From Anolis carolinensis (lineage: Eukaryota): DNA of 64,000 bases. The notes under the pieces are model-generated. The model was not told the DNA's origin and ran no database searches. It saw only the letters and a list, made by a program, of their open reading frames with translations. Location of the stretch: NCBI RefSeq assembly GCF_035594765.1, contig NC_085841.1, positions 155,605,574 through 155,669,573 on the forward strand, in the 5' to 3' direction. The first letter of the stretch is position 1, and every line of letters starts with the position of its first letter. Shown here piece after piece: positions 25,901 through 37,900 of the stretch. A program made the translations under genes and the position numbers.

Positions 25901-28900
25901 ATGGGAAGGGCCAGGATAGGAAGGGGCATAGTTCATCCTCAAGTTGTTCTCCCAGCATAAGTATAGGGCTGCTCACTCCATCATACTGGGAAAAAGGCAA
26001 GACACCGACGACTGCCCCGATCCTTCTCTCCGATCCCCAGGCTGTCCTCTTGGCATTATGCCAGGATGAGGACGAGACAGCAGTGGTGCTGAGAGTGCTC
26101 CAGTGGGCTGTCAGCTGCTGCGTGCCTTCCTTGAGCCATCCTCCTGGCATAAGGATGGGGCCGCTTACATCATCCTTATGCCAGGAGGAAGATGAGACAT
26201 GCAGTGGCTGAGAGTACTGCAGAGGGCTCTCAACTGCTGCATGCCTTCCTCACTCGTCTTTATGGCATTAGGATGTGGTGGGCCACCATGTCCTTATGTC
26301 AAGAGGACAAGGAAAATAAGAAGGGTCTGAGGTAAGCTCCCAGAGGGCCGCATCTGGCCCCCGGGCCTTAGTTTGCCCATGCCTGAGTTAGAGGATCTCT
26401 CTTATCCTTTGTTGAGTCTAGCAATTTCTTAATGGATCTGTAGATTGTTTATAGGTTTCTCCATCAGTTTCACTATGTGGTCAGTGGTTTCCTTGATGTA
26501 TGTAAGAACACTTTCTCTCCAGATGGCTCTTTATTTTTATTCCTATGGCCTGTTCTTAGTTTTGCAGCTCTTCTGTTGTTCATAGTAGACTAATAATTAG
26601 TCCGCAGAGAACGGTTTAGGTGATTCGGTTCATCTTGAAGGAGGTGGGGTTTACAGATTCTGCTTGCACAATCTACCAAAGTTTTAATTGTGCTCCTTTT
26701 TTGTCCTGGATGTTGTTTGGAGTTTTTATGTAGATATCTTTCAGTGTATGTAGGTTTTCTGTACACTGTGTGGCCCACTTTTTGGTTTGGTTTGCAGACG
26801 ACTGACATCTAGAAGTTTTTCTTCATTTTCTTTTTCCATTGTAAATGGGATGTTTGGGGTGGATCTTGTTTAGTTCTTTTTCTCCATGGCTCCAAATAAT
26901 GAACATATCATCCACATAAAGAAAGGATATAGTGGGCTTTTTGGTGCTTTTTTCAAGGCTTATTTCTCAAAATGTTCCATATAAAATTTGCTGTTACAGG
27001 ACTAAGAGGGCTCTCCTTGGCTACCCCATCTTTCTGGTCATAGAAGTAATTATCCCACTGGAAATAGCTTGTAGTGAGGCAATGTTGAAACAGGGTTGTG
27101 ATGTCTTTTGGGAAATTCTGATTAATAAGTGCAATGGTGTCTTCTATGGGGACCTTGGTGAATTTGCAAATCATATTGAAACTGATCAGTTTGTTATTGG
27201 GTTTGAGTTTAAGATTGCTGATTTTTTTCTATGAAGTGGGCTGACTTAACCAAAAGTGGTTTAGAGTAAATACGATGCAAAAAGTGAAAGAATTTATGAA
27301 GAAATATGGAGAAAATGAGACTCGATCAGATGAAAAGAGGGACCAAGTACAGGAAGAAAGAAGGACAAAGGACAAAGAAAAGATAAACACAAGACATGAC
27401 AAACACAAGACTGATTTAACTGGACAAGATGAAAGAGTTAAGAACTTTTTTAAAATCAAAAGAGTGTTTTGCAAATGGAAAGAGTCTGGAATAAAATTGG
27501 GGGGTGGGGGGTGGACAGACCTGAACATGTAGAGAAAAACACACATACAAAATAAAATAAAAATTGAAACAGAAATCTTTGGATTAAATTATCTGATTTG
27601 AACTGGATTATATGAGTCTACACTATCATATAATCCCATTCAAAGCAGATAATCTGGATTTTATATAGTGTAGAAAGGGTCTCATATACTCCAGTTCAAT
27701 GCAGATAAAATGGATTATCAGATTCGATAATCTGGATTATATGGCAGTGTAGAAAGGGCCTAAATCTAAAGTTGGGTGGGGCTAGGTAAATAACCTTGGA
27801 GGGCCACATCTGCCATGCAGGCCTTAGTTTGATGATGCCTGCCTTGGGACCACCCATAGTTGGAAATGACATGAAGGCACACAACAACAAATGTAAAAGA
27901 GAAACAACATTCCATCAAATGTGTTCATTCATTGCACTCTTTTACTTTGAGAATTTTTCTTATCTGTCCATTAAAAGATTTGGGAAGGTATGAGTACAGA
28001 TAAAGATTTGTGTTTGTTATTGTTTGTTTGTTCACTTTAGGGAAACGCCTTCCTATAAAATACTAAAATTCATTTGAGCTTCAGGGGAACAAACTGAATC
28101 AGGACTGTCAGGCCCCTTCTACATTGCTATATAAAATCCAGATTATCTGCTTTAAACTGGATTATATGGCAGTATAGACTCATATAATCCACTTCAAAGC
28201 AGATAATCTGGATTATATGGCAGTGTAGAAGATGATTCTGATACCCAAAGTATAACTGGAATACACAATGGGAGTGTCCAATTAGCACCGCAACAACATC
28301 ATTCAAAAACATACTAATGTGCCAAAACTCTTGGTCTGCAAAATATTACAAGTACAGTAGAGTCTGACTTATCCAACATAAACGGGCCGGCAGAATGTTG
28401 CATAAGCAAATATGTTGGATAATAAGGAGGCATTAAGGAAAAGCATATTAAACATCAAATTAGGTTATGATTTTACAAATGAAGCACCAAAACGTCATGT
28501 TAGACAACAAATTTGGCAGAAAAAGAAGTTCAATACGCAGTAATGCTATGTAGTAATTACTGTATTTATGAATTTAGCACCAAAATATCATGATATATTG
28601 AAAACATCAACTACTAAAATGCGTTGGATAACCCAGAACGTTGGATAAGCGAGTGTTGGATAAGTGAGACTCTACTGTACATGATTTAATATTTGGCATT
28701 CTAGAAATTAGAACCTAATTCCACATAATTAAAATACTGTTGTAAAGGCTGCAATTCTGATTGATTTATGCTTAGAAGTTCATCTTCTCAAACCAGGTCT
28801 AAAGCTCAAGCCATAGGTATCATAAATCTTAATTCAGGAAGAATAGTATGAGAGTTACTTTACACAACATCAAAAGAGATAATATTTTGTATATTATTTC

Positions 28901-31900
28901 CACAGTTCTGATCCCAAAATATCAAATTACACATCTAACCTTTTCCTGTTATGAACATGCTTTCAACATTTTTGTTCGTTTTCAGAAAATTGCTTTATTG
29001 ATGGTGAAAACTGGTTAGTCTTTCGCCTGTGCTCTTAATCTGTGTAAGGTTTTGAATTTGATTTTACCCCGGAACATAAGAATGTGCATCTAGAAATAAT
29101 ACTTTAAATAAGTAGGTAAATAATTTGTGTTCATACCTGAGTATATCCCAAAGCTGCACTCCGTACCTCTTCCGATGTATTTTTGCCATACACGAAACGT
29201 GGCTGTGAAGATTTCCAGAATTCTATTACCTCTTTCCAGCTTCTAACAAAATTTGCTTGTGATATACTCTCACCACAAAGGATACCTGTGGAAAAAAAAA
29301 TAATGATTGTATTTAATGCCTCAATTCAACTGGTATTCACAGCTGATGAACTTTGTATTTGATAACAAACTCTGAAATAATGAGACCAGATTCAGAAAAT
29401 TTTGTTGACCAATATCCTATTTAAGTTAATTGAATCAAAAAAGGAGGAAGTGTGGGTAGCAACCTGAGGCAGGTCTAGCTGTGACAAGCATGTACCCTAG
29501 ACTAGGGCTTCTAAAGCTTTTTCAACCCGTGACCCCTTTTTGCTGCATGCCAAGGTCTTACATTTCCCCTCCCTCCCTCCCTCCCCCCCCCCTATAGAAA
29601 AGGGACAAGTGTCTGCTGAGTCTTTTCCCCCATCAGAATAGCCAATAAGGTGCTCATTCCCAGGAAAATCAAATTGTTTCATTTTGACAATGAAGGCCCT
29701 ATTCTGCTTTGGAAGATGAAAACGAATTATTAGGATTTCCAAGAGAATGAGTCAACTTTTGGTGTGAAGCATTTTGAGACTCTTTGGTAATCCTTCTATG
29801 GGCCCTATTCAGACATTACAGATCCCATTTACCATATTAAATTTAGTGTGGCAAAATGGATTACCAAACCAGTGTAATCCTGGGCCACCTGGTCCGAATC
29901 TTATGGAAATCATGTAAAGCTTGCAAAATGAGCAAGGCCCAAATGGTTCCCATTGAATGAATAGGATATTTGAAGGCAGCACAATGTACTCCTCAAACAA
30001 AATAGGTAGCAAACTGTTCCAATGTTGGCTTCTTCACTCAGGCTACTCCATATGGGCCAACTTACTCAACCCGAGTTAAATCCTAAATTGGCAATTTCAG
30101 GTGCTTCTCAAAGACAACCTCTTTTTCTGAAGTAACTCCACTTTGACATTCCTGCTCAACCTCAATTGAAACTTTGGGACTGCACACTGTCCAGTAAACT
30201 CTATTATCACTGCAAATTAGGACCCATTGTCTTGCCCACTGGCACATGGGGGCAGGACCTATTGGGCACATCTACACTGACCACTTATCCCAAAAGGTGT
30301 AGCTAAATGACACACACAAGTGATTTGAGCTAACTCAGACCAAGACTCAATAAAAACATGTCCATTGACTGGCACAAATTGCTACTTCTCTGAGAAGGTT
30401 ATTTTTGGGATCAAAATTCCCAAAATCTCTCTAGCAGCATGGTCACAATGGTTTGGGAATTTTTGCGGTTAAACAATATTTTTCCACAAATTTCACATAA
30501 TCCCATTTTTTTTTCAAAATTTTGCCTAGTTACATTTATAAAATGCGTATGATAATAAATATGATGTAATGATTTGTAAAAATGTCAATTGTCTCAAAGG
30601 CATTTTAGACCAAATGTGGTAGGGCCTCATCATTCGAGCAGCGGGAAAGCAGGGGAAAGCATCATCTTACCCTGTTCTCCCCTGTCGAGGTTCTTCTTTT
30701 GCCATCTCTGGTCCTTTCCTCCTTCAGACCTATCTTTCCCCAATGTTCCCCCACTTTGTGCCATTCAGAATCAGGTAACACCCAACCCCTCCAAAGGCAC
30801 TTTGGGCTACATTTCTCAATGCTGCCAAAAGGGAGTCCCTCAGAGTGCCGCTGGAAGTTGCCCTGCATCATATGATGGGCTTCATGGGACTCTATTTTGG
30901 CAGCCTGGATAAATGAAGATGAGACACAGAGAAGACTGCATCTGATAAGGTCCATAGTCCTATTACCTAAGGAAAAAAACTACATAAGCATCCTTGAATT
31001 AAAAATGGTGACGATAAATATGTGAACATCCTCAAAACAATAGAAAGCAGCAATTTCTGCAGATGTGGAGATAGCAAGCCAGTTCCTGTTTCTGGCATAT
31101 GACCTTTGGGCTATCTACATCATATCATTTACCATCCACATATCTGTCCTTCAGGAGGCTGGATCTTGCTAGGCATTCTGCAGCCCATTTTTCTGCACTT
31201 TCAGCAGCTTTCTCACTCCATTTCTTCATAAAGCAAACAAAGAAATAAGTACATTTCTTATTAGATATAACAGAACCCATTATACAATGGAGCACACAGA
31301 AAAAAGCTTAAATGTCACCAGTCAGTGAAAGGATCAGGCTCTCAACTTCCCTTTCCAAGCAACCAGTCAGAACTTAGCTACTGAACTGGAGTGTCCTGCC
31401 AATCCAGGGCATGTGTGGTTCCCTAGCCAATTTGGGTATATTCATAGAAGGAGGGCATTGCCCCCGCTTGTACTGCAGTCAGGTCTGAATACAGAAAGAG
31501 GCCCAAGACTTGTAAATACTTCCCTCTCTTTTAAATGCCCTGTGTTTTTCTAACATTTAAAAATATACACACTTTTATAAATTCACTGACAAGTAACAAT
31601 TTCTATAAATATTTAACAGTGCAATCTCACATCACACTCTGCTGCAGTTAGATCAGCTCTACTCTACTGAAAGTACATTGGTTTATTCTAGTCTGGAGTT
31701 ATCTTTCCAAGGTAGCAATTGCTGCTGTATCTCTTTACATACTGACAGCCCTCATCAGAAGGTGTAAATTTCAGTGGCATACAATGGTTCTTTAGTTTTG
31801 TGATGGAGCCTACCAGCTCTCATCCTATGATGTACATCTACATCGGTGGGGCTCCATTGCAAAACTAAAAAGGAACCAGTGTATACTGCCTTGGAGGCTT

Positions 31901-34900
31901 CAACACAGGAGGGATCAACAGGGTAAGTCAAGCAGCGAACACTATCCCCCATGGGATGAGGTAGGGGGGAAGCTGGGCAATGGGCATTAGATGGAGTGAA
32001 GAGGAAAGTGTCATTTAAATCAATGTCAATCCCTGGCAAGTTTTACACAAAGAAAGAAACAATTGTACTCAGAAGAAAATAATTTATTACCAGTCCCTGG
32101 CACACTGAAAAGGATAGCTGGTCCCTTGTATCAGGTCTACTGGGAGAGCACTACTTTAAGTCATCAAAGGAAAATAAGAAGAATCTAATTAAGTCTAGTG
32201 TTTTGAGCATGCTCTGTTCTTTCTTTCCATTGGTGATAAGAAGGGGGATGGCACCTTGGTGTCCTTCATGGAAATCTCTTATGGAAGCAGATTTGGCAAT
32301 ATTACTTTTAATGAATACCTTTTTTAAAAGACAGCATATGACAAATATGGAAAGTGCCTTAAGGAATCTTGAGTGAACTGAGTGAACTCAGAATTTAATT
32401 CAATGGTTCACCCACTGCTCGTTGGCAAACTTGGACATGAGAATCATTATTTTAAAACTTTGGAATTCCAAATATTTGTGCTTGATGTTTTTGCTACATT
32501 GAACAATGCTATATTTTTTTGGACAAAAATGGGTCAGTACCATGAAATGTGCATCGTGTTAAACAGATAATACTTCCCTGTGTTATATGAGCATGCTCAG
32601 TCATAACTCCTTTTTGCATTAATTCAATAATTTTTTTAATAAAAAGCTCTGATATTTGCAGTTTTATACAGTTGGTGCATCATATCTCCAGCAGTTTGAT
32701 TAATGGATTATCATGCCCCATATTATTAACTAGCAGTGATGTGAATGTGAAAGAAATCCGCTTTCATGTTGCAACCATTTAATTCTATGAGGCATGACAA
32801 TCCATGGTCAGTTGAATTTGCGGATCCAGAGCATTCAGATTCAGGAGGCTCACCGTAAAAAACCTTTTAACTATAATTTTGGAAGTTGGGACTAGACCCC
32901 TTGGAATTTTTTTCAGTTAAAAATTCTGTGCACACTTTTTTTTTCAGCTATGCTATGTTTTTGATTTATATAACTGTTAACTAATGTTGGGGGGAGTTGA
33001 CTTGCAGGATCACAGTAAGGACTTTAAACAATAACTGGTGTTGAGATTTTTTTTTACCATTTTCTGCATGTTACTAGCAGTTGGTTGAACCGATCTCCTG
33101 GCAGCATTATACATGTCAACAATCTCTTGCTGTTGAGCCTCGGAGAGGCTCATTACAAACCCTTTTTCCTCCTGTAATTTGAAAAAAAAGAAGATTTCCA
33201 TAGATTTTTCTGATACGAAATATTCAACTGCCTTTCATTATTCTGATGAAAATTAATATGGATTGAGTATTTAATAATAATAATAATAATAATGATAATA
33301 ATAACAACCACAATTTTATTCTTATATCCCGCCTTATCTCCCGAAGGGACTCGGGGTGGCATACATTGGGATCACGGCCAGTAATACAACAGTAAAATAC
33401 AACATAAGATACATTCAATTGCAATGAATTAATACAAAAAACCATATAAAATCATAAAAGCATAAACTCAACAACAATAATTAATAATAACCAATAGCCG
33501 GGCGTAATGGCCGTGTTCAAAAATTGGAGGCAAGGCCATAAATTGTACATGTGCAATATATTGCAAGGTCACTAATATGATGGCCAGTAATAAAGTGCAG
33601 TGGCTGGGTATAGGTGGAGGTAAAAGGACTCCGTCAATTGTGCCGAAATTAGTCAAAATTATAAGCATCCTGTTTAGGCTTTAACAGAATGATTAAATGC
33701 TTATTCTTAATATTATCTTTACTTAGCAACCCAGATAGCTGCTCAGCTGCATTGCACAAAGTTTAGGTTGATTTCTTTTACCAACTTTATTAAATTTACA
33801 TAATGTGGGAAAGATTTGGTGTGTGCTATACATATAGGTGAGAATAAATGGCTTGTGCCATCTATGGTAGAGAATTATACAAACTGGACCCCTCAGTGGA
33901 CAAGTTGTGTTCTTGCTAAATGTTGTACTTAACTATTATATCATAGAATCATAGAATCGTAGAATCATAGAGTTGGAAGAGACCTCACGGGCCATCCAGT
34001 CCAACCCCCTGCAAGAAGCAGGAAAATCGCATTCAAAGCACCCCCGACAGATGGCCATCCATCCTCTGTTTAAAAGCCTCCAAAGAAAGAGCCTCCACCA
34101 CAGTCTGGGGGAGAGAGTTCCACTGCCCTCACAGTGAGGAAGTTCTTCCTGATGTTCAGGTGGAATCTCCTTTCCTGTAGTTTGAAGCCATTGTTCCGCG
34201 TCCTAGTCTGCAGGGCAGCAGAAAACAAGCTTGCTCCTCCTCCCTATGATTTCCCCTCACATATTTGTATATGGCTATAATGTCTCCTCTCAGCCTTCTC
34301 TTCTGCAGGCTAAACATAACCAGCTCTTTAAGCCTCTCCTCATAGGGTTTGTTCTCCAGACCCTTGATCATTTTAGTTGCCTTCCTCTGGACGCTTTCCA
34401 GCTTGTCAACATCTCCCTTCAACTGTGGTGCCCAGAATCAATAGCCTTTTCCCTCTCATGATTACATAATCTGAATGACCTAGCCTAAATTACATCCCCA
34501 TCAACTGCAAAATCCCTGATAGCATTTAGAAATTTCCAGTGGCCTCCTGCCTTGATGTTTATTAGTTCAGTTGCTTTCGCCTCTTCCTGACCTCATGGAC
34601 CAACCCGGTCCAGAGCTCCCTGTTGGCTGTCGCTGCCCCCAGTGACAGCCAACACAACAAATATTGTGTTTAAATAGTTTCTTTATCTGAACATTTTTAA
34701 TTACAACAAACAGCTTTTATTTTGTATAATTGAATGCTGCATATTGTAATAGCGGCTTCAACTCTTGTAAAATGAATGCACTTAATGTTCATTAAAAAGT
34801 TTGACTCTGAAGTATTTTATACCACATTCTATTACTCTTTTTAGCAGGAGTAATGATACATTAACTGCAATGCATTCTGTATACATCTGTAGTTTTAATA

Positions 34901-37900
34901 CTCCAGTGCTAATTCTAGCACCTAGCACATGTTCCTTTGAAATTATTATTATTATTATTGATGATGATGATAATGATTTTTTTACCTGGCTCTCCTCATG
35001 GCTCAAGGTGGGTCACCATATAGCTAAAAACACATTAATAAACATATGTTGTTGTTTATTCATTCAGTTGCTTCCGACTTCGTGACCTCATGGACCAGCC
35101 CATGCCAGAGCTCCCTGTCAGCCGTCGCCACCCCCAGTTCCTTCAAAGTCAAGCCATTCACTTCAAGGATACCATCCATCCATCTTGCCCTTGGTCAGCC
35201 CCTCTTCCTTTTTCCTTCCTTTCCCCCCAGCATCATTATCTTCCCCAAGCTTTCCTGTCTTCTCATTATGTGGCCAAAATACTTCATCTTTGCCTGTAAT
35301 ATCCTTCCCTTCAGTGAGCAGCCGGGCATTATTTCCTGGAGGATGGACTGGTTGGATCTTCTTGTGGTCCAAGGCACTCTCAGAATTTTCCTCCAGCACC
35401 AAAGTTCAAAAGCGTCTATCTTCCTTCGTTCAGCCTTCCTTATGGTCCAGCCCTAGCATCCATAGGTTATTACCGGGAATACCATTGCTTTAACTATGCG
35501 GTCCTTTGTTGCCAGTGTGATGTCTTTACTCTTCACTATTTTATCAAGATTGGCCATTGCTCTCCTCCCAAGAAGTAGACGTCTTCTGATTTCCTGGCTG
35601 CCGTCTGCATCTGCAATAATCTTCACGCCTAGAAATACAAAGTCTGTCACTGTCTCTATGTTTTCTCCCTCTATTTGCCAGATATCAATCAGTCTGGTTG
35701 CCAAAATCTTGATTTTCTTGATGTTTAACTGCAACCCAGCTTTGCACTTTCTTCTTTCACTTTTGTTATAAGGCTCCTCAGTTCCTCCTCGCTTTCAGCC
35801 ATCTAAGTGGTATCATCTGCATATCTAAGGTTGTTAATGTTTCTTTTAGCAATTTTAACTCCAGCCTTGGATTCATCAAGCCCCACAGTACAGAAAATAA
35901 TAACTTATTTTGTAACAAAACAATAATCTCTGATGATAATGATGTTAAAATAAGAATTAGTTAAAATGCGTAAATACAATAGACCTTATGCTGCTACGCT
36001 CAGCCACCAATAAGACAGAAAGAAAAATTTCATTGTCAGTCATGATATACTCATGTAACTATAATGAAGCTCATAATATATCTATATATATAAAATGATA
36101 AAGTTGTTTGCGCAGTGACTATAACAACAAAACTAAACATCCCAGAAATACGAAATTTGGCAACACAATGCAAAAGGCTTGCCTCCAGGTTACAACAACA
36201 CAACCACACCACAAAACCACAATCCAGACCCACAAAACTCACAACAACGCATCATGCGATAACAACACAACTAAATGCCCCAGAAATACAAAACTTGGCA
36301 ACACAATGCAAAAGCCTTGCCTTCCAGTTATAACAACACAACCACACCACAAAACCACACAGGACCCACAAAACTCACAACAACGCATCATGACTATAAC
36401 AACACAACTAAACGCCCCAGAAATACGAAACTTGGCAACACAACGCAAAAGCCTTCCCTCCAGGTTGTAACAACACAACCACACCACAAAACCACAATCC
36501 AGACCCATAACACTCACAACAACACATCGTGACTATAACAACACAACTAAACGCCCCAGAAATACGAAACTTGGCACACAACTAAACGCCCCAGAAATAT
36601 AAAACTTAATAACACAACGCAAAAACCTTGCCTCCCGGTTGTAACAACACAACCACACCACAAAACCACAATCCGGACCCACAAAACTCACAACAATGCA
36701 TCGTGACTATAACAACACAACTAAACACCCCAGAAATACGAAACTTGGCACACAACTAAACGCCCCAGAAATACAAAACTTGACAACACAACACAAAAGC
36801 CTTTTCTCCTGGTTGTAACAACACAACCACACCACAAAACCACAATCTGTACCCACAAAACTCACAACAACGCATCATGACTATAACACAACTAAACGCC
36901 CCAGAAATAAAAAATTTGACAACACAATGCAAAAGCCTTGCCTCCCAGTTTGTAAGAACACAACCACAACACAAAACCACAATCTGGACGTACAAAACTC
37001 ACAACAACGCATCATGACTATAACAACACAACTAAACGCCCCAAAAATACGAAACTTGGCAACACAACACAAAAGCATTCCCTCCCGATTGTAACAACAC
37101 AACCACACCACAAAACCACAATCCGGACCCACAAAACTCACGACAATGCATAGTGACTATAACAACACAACTAAACGCCCCAGAAATACAAAACTTGGCA
37201 TACAACTAAACGCCCCAGAAATACAACACTTGACAACACAACACAAAAGCCTTGCCTCTCCTGGTTGTAACAACACAACCACACCACAAAACCACAATCC
37301 GGACCCACAATACTTACAACAACGCATTGTGACTATAACAAATACAAAATTTGACAACACAACTCATCCACCTCCCCAATCCCTACATTCACACTTGGCC
37401 TCCAAAAAAACAATTACAATAATAACAATAACAACAACAATAAGAATCAACACCATCACAGGCAAGAAACAGCCAGGCACTGAGGCTGAGAGGCCAGTCA
37501 GTGCTACAGTGGGCCTCCAAAAAACAATACAGTAGCATCTAACTTATCCAACTTTCATGACCACTACAACAACAATAATAATAAACACCTACACAGGCAA
37601 AAAAAAAAAGACTATTGTACCACAATAAAAATATAAACCGCACTCAGCAGAATCAGACATTACAATTAACAACAAACCAAAGACAACAGGGATCTCAAGC
37701 AATTATCAATCAACACAAAAATTGAAGAAGGTAACAGACTTCAAATACTACTACTAATGTGAGCATAAAGAAGGGTGGAGGTCACAGCATAAATACAACC
37801 TAATGTAGACTGACCAACACCACCAGACTAAGCCACAGCAACGCGTGGCTGGGCACAGCTAGTGAGACTATATATTTTATGACACATAAACCTAGAGTAT

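Noticed and set aside
36051-37535. Thr/Asn/His-rich and Cys/Val-rich ORFs resembling mucin or keratin-associated proteins
   Set aside because: Translations of the Helitron minisatellite, with frequent stops and no splice structure
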